A stretch of 64,000 nt of DNA from NCBI GenBank assembly GCA_030390025.1, contig CM059432.1, positions 21,330,001-21,394,000 on the forward strand, in the 5' to 3' direction. Positions 12,324 to 23,880 of this stretch are shown in pieces (positions within the stretch are counted from its first letter, which is position 1; the number at the start of each line of letters is the position of its first letter). Source of the stretch: Squalus acanthias (taxonomy: Eukaryota). Below the pieces are notes generated by a model. That model was not told the origin of the DNA. It did no database searches and saw only the letters and a program-made list of their open reading frames with translations. The position numbers and the translations under genes are program-made.

Positions 12324-15300
12324 TCAATCCTGGGATTGTTCATCCTCAGGATCCTGAGTTTCATTTGCTGCTTTGTCTTTAATTATTTTAACTGATTTTT
12401 GTTCCTCCCTCTTGGGGGTATAATGTTTTCCAGATCCCTTAGGGGGTTTGTCAGACCGTTTATTATCTTGACGATCCTCCTGTTGGGGTGGACGTTGGTT
12501 CTGCCGGGAATCTTTTTGATCCCCATTTCGGTTTTCCCGGTATCCTCCCATGGCTCTCTGATAGTTTTGGCCAGTGTAAAAGCTGTCCCCATGGGGAGTC
12601 CACTGTCCTTCGCTTTCCTTTTGAGGTCTAGCCCCTCGTCTATCCCATCTTTCTGGGGAGAAATATTTCTTGTATTGTGGGCGAGTTGGGGGTGTAAACC
12701 TTCTGGAATACCCTCCTGGGGGTCCCGAGCCACGGGTTTGTGTCTGGGCGGGGTGGACTTGAGACTTGGGTCTATACAGTCCTTGTTTCTGAGTACCAAA
12801 GGTACCTTCTCCGGTTTTTTTATCCCTAGTTTCTGATCTCATTATAGGTTTAGTTTAGGGTAGACCTAAGAGGTCATGGTTTAATTGGATAATGCGATTG
12901 ACATTATCCCATCTTTGTTGGTTATCTCGATAATCTTTTAGAGCACCCTCACAGGCAAGTTTGAGGGCTGTATTTTGGTATTGATTGGCCAGGCAACCAT
13001 GGACAATGTACCAGTTATCCTGTGTAAGTACTTTGCCTAATCTGTAGGTAGCTACCAGCCCTTTAGTTGTGGCTGTATTAGTGAGTATTTCCTTGATGGA
13101 ACCCATTACATGCCCTCCCTGAGTTGCCATGAGAACATAGGCGTATATTTGAACCCAGTTGTTACACTGGTTTAATGGGGGAATTAAGTCTGAACTTAAT
13201 ATCATTTGTAGTAGTTGCCTCAGGTGTTGGGCATTCCAATCTTGGCAACAGGTTTCCAATTTATCAAGGTTAGTTAGAATCCAGCAGGTTTTTTCCTGGC
13301 TGGTGTTTCCCGGTCTACCACACATTGTGTAGATAGAGCTCAGGTTTACTTGACCTAGGGGCGCAATGTGTGATTGCTGGGGTTGGCTTACTGGACATAG
13401 AAACATAGAAACATAGAAAATAGGTACAGGAGTAGACCATTCGGTCCTTCGAGCCTGCACCGCCATTCAATGCGTTCATGGCTGAACATGCTACCTCAGT
13501 ACCCCATTCCTGCTTTCTCGCCATACCCCTTGATCCCCTTAGTTGTGAGTGTTATATCTAACTCCCTTTTGAATATATTTAGCGAACTGGCCTCAACAAC
13601 CTTCTGTGGAAGAGAATTCCATAGATTCACCACTCTCTGGGTGAAGAAGTTCCTCCTCAGCTCAGTCCTAAATGGCTTCCCCTTAATCCTTAGACTGTGA
13701 CCCCTGGTTCTAGTTTTCCCTACCATTGGGAACATTCTGCCCGCATCTAATTTGTCTAAACCAGTCAGGATTTTAAATGTCTCTATAAGATCCCCCCTCA
13801 TTCTTCTGAACTCCAGAGGATACAAGTTCAGTTGACCCAATCTTTCTTGATATGTCAGTCCGGCCATCCCAGGAATCAATCTAGTGAACCTTCGCTGCAC
13901 TCCCTCAATAGCAAGAATGTCCTTCCTTAAGTTAGGTGACCAAAACTGCGCACAATACTCCAGGTGTGGCCTCACCAAGGCCCTGTACAACTGTAGCATC
14001 ACCTCCCTACTCCTGTACTCAAATCCCCTTGCTATGAAGGCCATCATTCCGTTTGCTTTCTTGACTGCCTGCTGCACTTGCATTCCCACCTTCAGTGACT
14101 GATGTACCATGACGCCCAGGTCTCGTTGCACATCCCCTTTCCCTAATCTGCCACCATTCAGGTAATAGTCCGCCTCTCTATTTTTACCACCAAAGTGGAT
14201 AACCTCACATTTATCCACATTGTACTTCATCTGCCATACATTTGCCCATTCACCCAACCTGTCCAAGTCACTCTGTAGCCTCCTAGCATCCTCCTCATTG
14301 TTCACACTGCCTCCCAATTTAGTGTCATCCGCAAATTTGGAGATATTACATTTAATCCCTTCGTCCAAATCATTAATATATAATGTAAACAGCTGGGGTC
14401 CCAGCACCGAACCCTGCGGTACCCCGCTGGTCACTGCCTGCCATTCTGAAAAGTACCCATTTACTCCTACTCTTTGTTTCCTGTGTGCCAACCAGTTCTC
14501 AATCCACGTCAACACATTACCCCCAATCCCATGTGCTTTAACTTTGCTCACCAATCTCTTGTGTGGGACCTTGTCGAAGGCCTTCTGAAAGTCCAAATAC
14601 ACCACATCTACTGGTTCCCCCCTGTCCACCCTATTGGAAACATCCTCAAAAAATTCCAGAAGATTTGTCAAGCATGATTTCCCTTTCACAAATCCATGCT
14701 GACTTGGACCTATCATGTCGCCACTTTCCAAATGGTCTGTTATGACATCTTTAATAATTGCTTCCATCATTTTACCCACGACCGATGTCAGGCTGACCGG
14801 TCTATAATTCCCTGCTTTCTCCCTCCCTCCTTTTTAAAAAAGAGGGGTTACATTGGCCACCCTCCACTCCATCGGAACTGATCCAGAGTCTAAGGAATGT
14901 TGGAAAATGATCGTCAATGCATCCACTATTTCCAAGGCCACCTCCTTAAGTACTCTGGGATGCAGACCATCAGGCCCCGGGGATTTTTCAGCCTTCAGTC
15001 CCATCAATTTTCCCAATACCTTTTCCCGACTAATAAGGATTTCCCTCAGCTCCTCCCTCTTACCAGATCCTCTGACCCCTTTTATTTCCGGCAGGTTGTG
15101 TGTGTCCTCCACAGTAAACACTGAACCAAAGTATTTGTTCAATTGATCCGCCATTTCCTTGTTCCCCATTACGACTTCCCCTGTTTCCGACTGCAGGGGA
15201 CCTACGTTTGTTTTTACTAACCTCTTTCTTTTTACATATTTATAGAAGCTTTTGCAGTCCATTTTAATGTTCTCTGCAAGCTTCCTTTCATATTTTATTT

Positions 15301-16855
15301 TCCCTGCCCTAATCAAACCCTTCGTCCTCCTCTGCTGAGTTTTGAAGTTCTCCCAGTCCCCGGGTTTGCTGCTACTTCTGGCCAATTTGTATGCAACTTC
15401 CTTGGTTTTAATACTATCCCTGATTTCCCTTGTTAGCCATGGTTGAGCCACCTTCCCTTTTTTATTTTTATGCCAGACCGGGATGTACAATTGTTGTAGT
15501 TCATCCATGCGATCTCTAAATGTCTGCCATTGCCCTTCCACTGATAGCCCCTTAAATATCGCTTGCCAATTTAACCTCGCCAATTCACGCCTCATACCCT
15601 CAAAGTTGCCCTTATTTAAGTTCTGGACCATGGTCTCTGACTTAACTGTTTCCTTCTCCATCCTAATGTAGAACTCCACCATACTATGGTCACTCTTCCC
15701 CAGGGGGCCTCGTACCACAAGATTGCTGATTAGTCCCTCCTCATTACACAACACCCAGTCCAGGATGGCCTCCCCTCGAGTTGGTTCCTCAACATATTGG
15801 TTTAGGAAACCATCCCTTAAACACTCCAGGAAATCCTCCTCCACCGTATTGCTTCCAGTTTGAGTAGCCCAATCTATATGCATATTAAAGTCACCCATGA
15901 TAACTGCCGTGCCTTTTTTGCACGCACCTCTGATTTCCTGTTTCATACCCTCCCTCACCTCACTACTGCTGTTTGGAGGTCTGTACACAACTCCCACTAA
16001 CGTTTTCTGCCCTTTGGTGTTCTGCAGCTCAACCCATATTGATTCCACATCCTCCAAGCTGATGTCCTTCCTAGCTATTGCATTAATCTCCTCTTTAACC
16101 AGCAATGCTACCCCACCCCCTTTTCCTTTTATTCTATCCTTTCTGAATGTTGAATACCCCTGGATGTTCAGTTCCCAGCCTTGATTGTTCTGGAGCCACG
16201 TCTCTGTAATCCCAATCACATCGTATCCGTTAACATCTATTTGCACAGTCAATTCATCCACCTTATTACGGATACTCCTTGCATTAAGACACAGAGCCTT
16301 TAGGCTTGTTTTATTAACATCCTTTGTCCTTTTAGACTTATGATTTAGGACCAGTAATCATTGCGCCTCCAGCATTTAGATAAGATTGAGCTAGTGCCTG
16401 TCAGCATTGATTATAATGGATTCTAAGCTGTCTATAGTTTTCTCAAAGATTCTGGTCATTTATTTCATCATGAGCTTGCCACCTTAACCGGAATCCATGG
16501 CCCCCAGGAGCATAGGCTGCTCCGGGTCCTACTATTCGACCATGGTTGCCACCACCTTGTTGGGCACCGTTCATTAGGCCTCCCAATTGTGCGGGTGTGC
16601 ACCTTATCATTAAGGAATTTAGCGTATTTGTAGTATTTGTTTGATTATCCCACTGGATATTCTGTATCCCCTGGTTCTGGGGATCTTCATCAATCGTGCC
16701 ATGAGTTCTAATGGCTCCGTCGGCATCAAAGCCTTCTATTTCAAAAATTATCACTTGGTTTTGTGGAGGTACAGGGATAGGATTATTTCCCCTAATAAAG
16801 CAATCGTTTGAATTTCCTAATAAAAGACTTGGCCAATTCCGACATGGTTTGCCAT
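12324..16855 (-). pseudogene. gag: Foamy-like gag, split by a CR1 insertion, with an in-frame stop at 12855
   Basis: ATG in ACAAAATGGCA at 16855; central region CNNWVQIYAYVLMATQG...GLVATYRLGKVLTQDNWYIVHGCL...HDLLGL resembles the spuma capsid; G/R/Q-rich C-terminus with no CCHC knuckle. Confidence 0.85.
13395..16340 (-). mobile_element. Young 5'-truncated CR1 LINE; near-complete ORF2 (APE endonuclease + RT) with one nonsense codon at 14834
   Basis: LNARSIRNK, ITETWL, GDFN, SDH, YLDFQKAFDKVPH, FADDTK; the 475-aa and 427-aa ORFs share a frame; (TTCTATGT)n tail at ~13395-13420. Confidence 0.96.
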
Positions 16856-17098
16856 TTTGTCAGGACCTAACCTCGGTTAGGGTTTAATATGAACTTTTTC
16901 AGAAATTTCTAGACCTCAATGGTATATTGAGGGAGTTCTGATTTAAGTTCTACAAGGCCTGATCAGGGACTTGTCGTCTCTAGAGACTTAAATCTGGGTC
17001 TTAGTACCACTGTCAGTAAAACACTCCTTCTATACTTAACAATCTACAAGATGGATATAGATATAAATATAATGATAGGTTTTGTAACAACTCGTTAA

Positions 17099-17116
17099 CA
17101 CACACATTGGGCGCCA
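17099..17116 (-). promoter_or_regulatory. Primer-binding site, tRNA-Lys type
   Basis: TGGCGCCCAATGTGTGTG vs tRNA-Lys1,2 PBS TGGCGCCCAACGTGGGGC (14/18, first 10 exact), 2 nt after the LTR-terminal CA. Confidence 0.9.
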
Positions 17117-17118
17117 AC

Positions 17119-18362
17119 TGAAGGGGTAATTACTAGCCCTAGCCCCTTTAGGGCTACCCCGGATCAGGCGTATTCCTCAGACGTTCACTTTCAACTAAAG
17201 TTTGAGGTAGCCGAATCCTAAAGACACTTAATTGGGTCTAAAGGGAAGGAACAACCTAAAGATGTTACCGTCCTCCAGATAGCACTTTTAATAAGTTTAG
17301 CTAGACTGTAACATTCTGGATATTATGAGGGTCCGGAAAACTCCCTCAGAATTCTGCAACTCCTCACCAAAGAGCGTATAGAGATTGAGTTTGCGAGTTT
17401 GATACAGAAGTATTATGTGAGACAATTCTAAAAATACATAGATTTATTAAAGAACCGACATGTAATTACAGTAGGTGTTTCAATCGCAACATTAACAGTT
17501 CCAAAAAGAGAAAGCTTACAATTCTTATTATCAAATCTTAACTTCGCTACATTTTTACAGTTCTTAGTCTTATTCAGAATATCCACCAAAATCAAATACA
17601 GTACTGTTGATTCCCAAGACACAAAGAGTTGTAGACTTACAGAGCCTGCCTCTGAAGTCTGAGAATCGCTTTGGCCCTTTACAGCGAATCTATCATCCCA
17701 TTTGAAAGTTCAATATTTATATCCTTTTTCAGTGGTATTTCCTTTGAAGTTTTCTGCTGATGTAAGCTAATTATCTCTAGTCATTTTTCTGCTGACCCCT
17801 GCTATTCTTACAGTCAGTTCAGCTGGTAGCAATGCAGACTCGTGTCTCTCCTTTAGGTGTTCGAAGCTTACCATAAAAAATGGTGTAGCTGCAGGTGCAT
17901 CTATTTGATGTCATTCTTACCAAGGTCTTTTGTTTGTGTCTTTTTACGACATGTAAATTAAAACACCTCAACCAGGGTGATCTATCCAATTCTTAGTTAC
18001 CTCAGCTGGTTGCAACACAGAATCGTGTCTCCGGTGTTTCATTTGATGTCATTTTTACGAAGGCATATGTTTCTTAATTTTATGTGTTTCTTTCCGAAGT
18101 GTAATTTAGAACACCTTAACAGGGTGTACCATTGTGTTCTTTCCAAAGCTTCAGACTTCAGGAGCCTCCAACCTCCTGTTTCAATAAGGTTAATGATTCA
18201 GTGTCAACAACTTATCTTATCTCAATAGCCTGTATGCTGTTTACAGCTTTAGATTGTTAAGGCTTCCAGATTTCCAAACCCAGTTTGTCATGTTTTAATA
18301 AGGTCAGAATTCTTTCATAGAATGGTGTATTTTTCTGAATAGGCATGGCTCATTCTTTTACA
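17119..18362 (-). repeat. 5' LTR of the foamy-like ERV (~1.24 kb)
   Basis: Ends in CA at 17119; TATAAA 17721-17716; GTAAGT donor 17640-17635; AATAAA 17448-17443; outer TG boundary at 18362 or 18370. Confidence 0.75.
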
Positions 18363-19730
18363 GTGTTACATGCAGTTGTGTGGGACAGGCTGGATGGACT
18401 AGTGGGTCTTTTCCTGTCTGTCATTGTTCGTATGCTCGCATGCCACCCAGTCTGTGCCGCGTCTGATGAAAGTTAAAAAGAATGCATTGTAATACTGTAT
18501 ATTATCACATTGTACTCTGCTTCCCTCAGCTAATGAGCGACAAAAACTCACTTTCGATGGCTGGACAAGTCTGTCTATTGCAGGTTGCTAATCCAATTGT
18601 TAGACAACTCTCGTTTGGGACCTAAACATAACCATTTTATTTTTTGCTGCAAAACATGATTGTGCTTTTTTTAAATTAAAGTACTAAAGGCCCTCTTGGG
18701 ATTTTAAGCACTGTATTGGAATCGATGAGCCTTAACCTCCAAATAATGGATTGCAGTGATACATTGGGATTTTCCCATTTGTTAATTATGAACCTGAATG
18801 ATAATGAAATGGAGAATTTATGATCGCACTGAACAAATAAAGCTTGCTTTCCTATAGATCCATTAAGGGTAAAATGCAACTTTGGCGGGGGATGCAGAAC
18901 ATGCGTTAGTGGATCGATCACCCATTATACACCCCAACTGATTTTCCTTTCCATTGACTTCCATTGTCACCGTGAGACGCTATCCTACCTTTTACTTTCA
19001 GACACTGACTGGTCTGCTACTTATTTCTAGCAGTTTTCTACCGGATTCCAGCTTTTTCGAGTTTTCTTTTAATTTTCCTCTTTGTTCTTTGGAAATTGAG
19101 CCGTGTATCACGCCACTGTCAAAAGAAGCATCACAATGCGGCATTTTCACCGATCGACACAAACAGCTCGTCACTTTAGACAATGGCAATCAAAGAGCTG
19201 CCATTTTCCGTTAATATATCACATAATTTCAGAGTCCGGCACTGAGTATTCTCTTTTCATTATCAAACGGCCTGATATTTGTGATTTTAATTGAATTAAG
19301 ACTGACAGATTGTGCAGTGATGAATCCTTTATTCTCTGGTTTTGGTTCTGGGCAGGGTACAGAAGTCAACAAATCAGAATTTAAATATCACATCTCATTT
19401 TCACACAGCCTGTTCCCTCTAAATATTTGCATAGTGCATTGCAGAATTCATACCCTATTTTCAAAGGGAATTGGAAGTTTTGATGTTGTTGTCATGATTT
19501 TTTTCTACAAAGAGGTGTCATTGTTTCTTTACAGAATCGGCTTAATAAAATTAAATTATTATTGTGCAATTCAAGCAGTTCCAGTTCAAAGATTTCGTAT
19601 TATACGCATAGATATATATTTTGTTGATACAATAGTTTGAATTTGAATTTTTTTTCACAGCGGTCTAGTTTGCATTGTTGCAAATGTTGTATTTTAATTT
19701 GAGTATGAAGTAGTTTGTAATCTAAATGGG

Positions 19731-20410
19731 GTGAAAGAGCAAAGGGATCTCGGCATACACATACACAAATCACTAAAAGTAGCGACACAGATCAATGAGG
19801 CCATAACAAAAGCAAACCAAGCACTAAGATTGATTTCTAGAGGGATAGAATTGAAAAGTAGAGAAGTTATGCTAAACTTGTATCGAACCTTAGTTAAACC
19901 ACACTTGCAGTACTGTGTACAATTCTGGGCTTCATATTATAAAAATGATATAGAGGCACTGGAGAGTGTGCAGAGAAGATTTGCAAGGATGATACCAGAA
20001 ATGCGAGGGTATACATATCAGGAAAGGATGATCAGGCTGGGTCTCTTTTCTCTTGAAAAGAGAAGGCTGAGGGGTGACCTAATAGAGGTCTTTAAAATTA
20101 TGAAAGGTTTTGATAGAGTGGATACAGAGAGAATGTTTCCACTTGTCGGGAAGAGCATAACTAGAGGCCATCAATATAAGATAGTCACCAAGAAATCCAA
20201 TAGGCAATTCAGAAGAAACATCTTTACCCAAAGAGTGGTGAGAATGTGGACCTCGCTACTACAGAGAATGGTTGATGTGAATAGTATAGATGCATTTAAG
20301 GCTAGACAAGCAAATGATGGAGAAGGGAATAGAGGGTTATGCTGATAGAGTTAGCTGATTAAAGATGAGTCGAGTGGAGCATAAATGCCGGCATGGACTG
20401 GTTGGGCCAA
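19731..20410 (+). mobile_element. CR1 LINE 3' fragment
   Basis: 204-aa ORF with QRDLG, LYRTLVKPHLQYC, RRLRGDLIE, FTQRVV. Confidence 0.92.
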
Positions 20411-20639
20411 TTGGCGCGATTGGTGGTGGGACGGGTGGGCAAGTGTTTTTTTCCCCAGCGGGTCAGGACCCTACTGTGAACCCGCCACCACATGCCTTTA
20501 CTAAATGTTGGTTCTGTCAGCGCTGAGTAGACCCAACATGCAGTGGCGGGGGAGCCGATTAAAATCATTAGTGGCTTGTTTACAGCAGTGATTTTTTCCC
20601 CAGCTTTTTGAATTTGGCAGGTCACCCACCGGTTACCCG

Positions 20640-21151
20640 TGTTGAAGTTTCGACTTCCGAGTAAGACTCTTTAAACAATATCGTCAAAGAAGGCTTTATT
20701 ATTTACTTTACTTGCAAGGAGAATGCAACGATGACAGACTGAAGAAATCACAGAAAATGGAAGATCTTATACACTGAAAACACAAGCTTCCCATATCACA
20801 TGACATGTTGTTTAAAGTAAGCTAAGTTACGAGTTAAAAAACATAAGAAATGCCTTACAATGAGACTAGCTAATCTCTACAAAATGGAGTCTGTTTGTCT
20901 GTTCTTCTCCCACCAAGGCCAAGGCACCTGGCTGTTTACTTCACTATTCCTTGGTTATCTCAAGTTGATTAGAAGAAGCATAATTTGTTCTGTACTATGA
21001 AAACAACATAGTCTGCAAAGTTTAATTTCATTTCCATGAGAAGTCATAAACAACTTCTTTCTTTATTCAATACAAGTCAGAGTCGGCCATTTTGGATCAC
21101 TCTTTGTGTCTAGGAAGCCATTTTGTCTGAGACAAAAACTGCACTTCCACA
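20640..21151 (-). repeat. 3' LTR (512 bp)
   Basis: Direct repeat of 27787-28315; adjacent PPT AAAAAAGGGGGGAA at 21165-21152. Confidence 0.97.
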
Positions 21152-21430
21152 TTCCCCCCTTTTTTGTCCTTCTCGGACAAAATAGCTCAATTTAACCCTT
21201 TTGGTCTCTCTTGTCGGTTCCTGTACCAAATTTGGATTTTGGCCAGGGATGGCAACTTCTTTTCTGTTTTAACCATCCTCGGGATTATACCTGTATTGAT
21301 GGCTGACCTTATTTAAGATTGTCTCTCCTTTCTGTCTATCCTTAGGGTTGGGCATGTAATTCTTTCAATTCTAATTTGTCCAGTCTTAATTTTGGCCACT
21401 GTAACTGGCATCATCTTGGTCATCTAATCC

Positions 21431-22829
21431 TTAAAAATTTATCTTACCCAATCGTCTTAGCTCTTCCCCTAGGGGACTGTCCTTCTCTTCCTCTTCATTT
21501 ATTTCCCTCTGTACTATCATACTTCCTCCAGGTATAACTGCCTTACCTAGCCTATTACAACAGCATTTAATCATTGTGACAAACAGAATTACTGCTACCA
21601 TTACTACTAATCCATACAATAATATTTGTCCCATTGATCCCAGCCATCCTCCCAGTATCCAGTCAAACCATCCTTGGTTCTTTGGATTCTTATACTGACT
21701 CACTGCATCTCTTATGTGTTTAACTATGTTAGTTATATTTTCTGAACTGTCTGGGATATAGGTACAACATTCACTCCCTATCAAAGCACAAGTTCCTCCT
21801 TTATTTGCCAACAGATAATCTAATGCCATTCGATTCTGCAATGTCATTACTCTTATAGCTAATATTTCAGCACTCATTTCGGACAATCCTTCCTCAGTTT
21901 AATTTGCCACTTTTTCTATCAGATCTGCTAGCTCGTTTACTGCTCCCATTAACTTCCCTATTCTGTATGGGGCTATTAATACTCCAAAGACTCTTTCATA
22001 AGTTGCTATCTCTCTTTTACTTCTTTGGAATTCATAATGTTCTCCTATATTGTCTAAAATGTGGATATAAGGTACTACATAACCCAAATAGCAGGACCCT
22101 GTCCAGTTATGTGGCAACCATGGATACGCCTTGTTCCCGCATATAAAATAGGTGCAATTATAGGCCGTCAAGTTACCCTCTCCTCCCATCCATATTCGGA
22201 TAGGGCCGCCTGTCCAGTGGGACCTACTGATTTTATTATTTACTTTAGTCCAGTCAAACTGAAAAAATCCCTGCTCAAGCAGGCCAGGAATTGGTGGTTG
22301 CCACATGACTGTTTGATGACAGGAACTCTCTCCGACTTTCTTTTCATCCTGCATCCTGCTTACTGCAGCCTGCTTTTTTTAAACATAATGCCCCTTGTAG
22401 TCTACCGACTCCTGAGGTATTAGTTAATACAAGAAACGGGGGTGTTCGAGTATGATTATAATTGGGCTGATACCACCCCTGGAAGGTGGTTAGGTTATAC
22501 CCTGCTGATCTCCACTGTTCTACATCTGAGGTCTTATCCGGGTCCCTTGAACTGTTTCTTCTTATTACCCATTCTGCTGTTTCGGAAGTATTAAAGGGAA
22601 TTGATCTGAGGGGGGTCCCTCCCGTGGTGTGAATAGGTATATGGGCACAGACCCAACAACTGGATCTACCACTAATTTTAGCATGCTCGTAAGACATGTA
22701 CAAGAAAGTGTTAACGTGTAATTCTCGTTTCTTTCGGGATCCTTCCCCACCTCTTTGGCACGTCATACGTATCAGTCCGATTAATATGCAAAAAATATAA
22801 GTAAAAGCTTCATTGTGTAAGTCCTTCAA
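21431..22829 (-). pseudogene. env: Gamma-type retroviral env, one frameshift (~22350) and one stop (21899)
   Basis: CWVC isomerase motif, RSKR furin site, fusion peptide, ISD LQNRMALDYLLANKGGTC, CX6CC (CALIGSECC), TM anchor. Confidence 0.95.
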
Positions 22830-23312
22830 AATTTAATTTTTTTGACTCCCTTTTTTCTGTCTATTACCCCCCACCCTGTGTTGTTTTGCATTTTACGTTT
22901 CCCTTATCACTTCTATTTGTCTTTTGATGCTTGATATTCGACCTTGCTGGCATTTCTGCTATCTATTCCTGGCTGCATGTTGTCAGTTTCTGTTCTAAGA
23001 ATTAAAACCCATCTTTGAATCTAACAGCTATTTCTTACAATTCCCTTCTTTGAGAAGGAAATAACCCTTATTGACTTCTCACAATCGGCTCTTGACTAAT
23101 CTAGCTAGTTCTTATTGCTCTCTCAACTTGGGCATTAGTTAGTAGGGAGTCTTGAAGATTTCCCCCTTCTAATAGTCCATTCCGGTGTTCCAATTCTGCC
23201 CCGCCTGGGGTATCCTCTGTTTCTTCTATCTTTCCTGATGTTACCCCGCCTGGGGTCTCCTCTACATTGCTTCGGATCTTCTCTTTCGGTGTGCTCAATT
23301 TGTTAGTGCTGG

Positions 23313-23880
23313 TTAGTCATGGGCATGAGTACCCAATTGGCTTGTGTATCTTACTACATAGGTTACATATATCAAATACACTATCATTACAAGTTGGAGA
23401 ACTACCAGAGCGTGTGAAATAATATGAATGTAAGGGTGTGCTGATGTATTAAGCCCAATATCCCACCCGTTGTCCCCTATGCTGTCAATTTCAATATCTA
23501 TTCTCGAGTTGTCTTCCTTCAGAACATAAACATGCTTTAGGGAGGAGTTCAGTCGCATCATGAGCTCACTGATAACCTTAGACAACAGGGGAATGTCGTA
23601 TCTGAATTATGCCACATAATTGTGCAGCTCATACTTAAGTATCTCATTTACTGTCAGTTCACTTGAGCATAGGTTTCGATATTATGTAAAACGTGTTGAT
23701 TGATGGGACAGGTCCTGTTAGATCCGTAAAGCATGGTAGTTGCGGTAGTAGTGACACAGGAGGCACCACCAAAACCACCTCATACTGGATTCGCACTGGT
23801 TTTTCCCACGCTCTGTTACCTACAAAACACAATTATTACAGTCACAGTTAAATTCAGTCTTACAATCATTTCAAGTGACA
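23313..23880 (-). pseudogene. env: Remnant of a second, non-gamma glycoprotein C-terminus (tentatively lokiretrovirus-like env)
   Basis: Cys-rich GGASCVTTT...YGSNRTCPI, then a heptad-like stalk, WDIGLN...HPYIHIISH and a hydrophobic TM ALVVLQLVMIVYLIYVTYVV. Confidence 0.5.

Larger units (their letters stand above)
9850..18362 (-). mobile_element. Endogenous foamy-virus-like (spuma-like) retrovirus; integrase, env and 3' LTR not found; interrupted by a CR1
   Basis: LTR + Lys PBS + spuma-type gag + pro + RT + RNase H in proviral order; both outer boundaries approximate. Confidence 0.92.

Noticed and set aside
12383..12799. 138-aa ORF overlapping the foamy gag 3' end as a possible pol leader
   Set aside because: Non-ATG start and it terminates before the protease
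18900..19270. CpG-containing unique stretch with a YY1-like motif and short ORFs, possible host promoter or exon
   Set aside because: No recognisable protein or consistent exon frame
21431..22829. Co-opted syncytin-like env
   Set aside because: Frameshift and stop in this copy, which is still inside a young provirus
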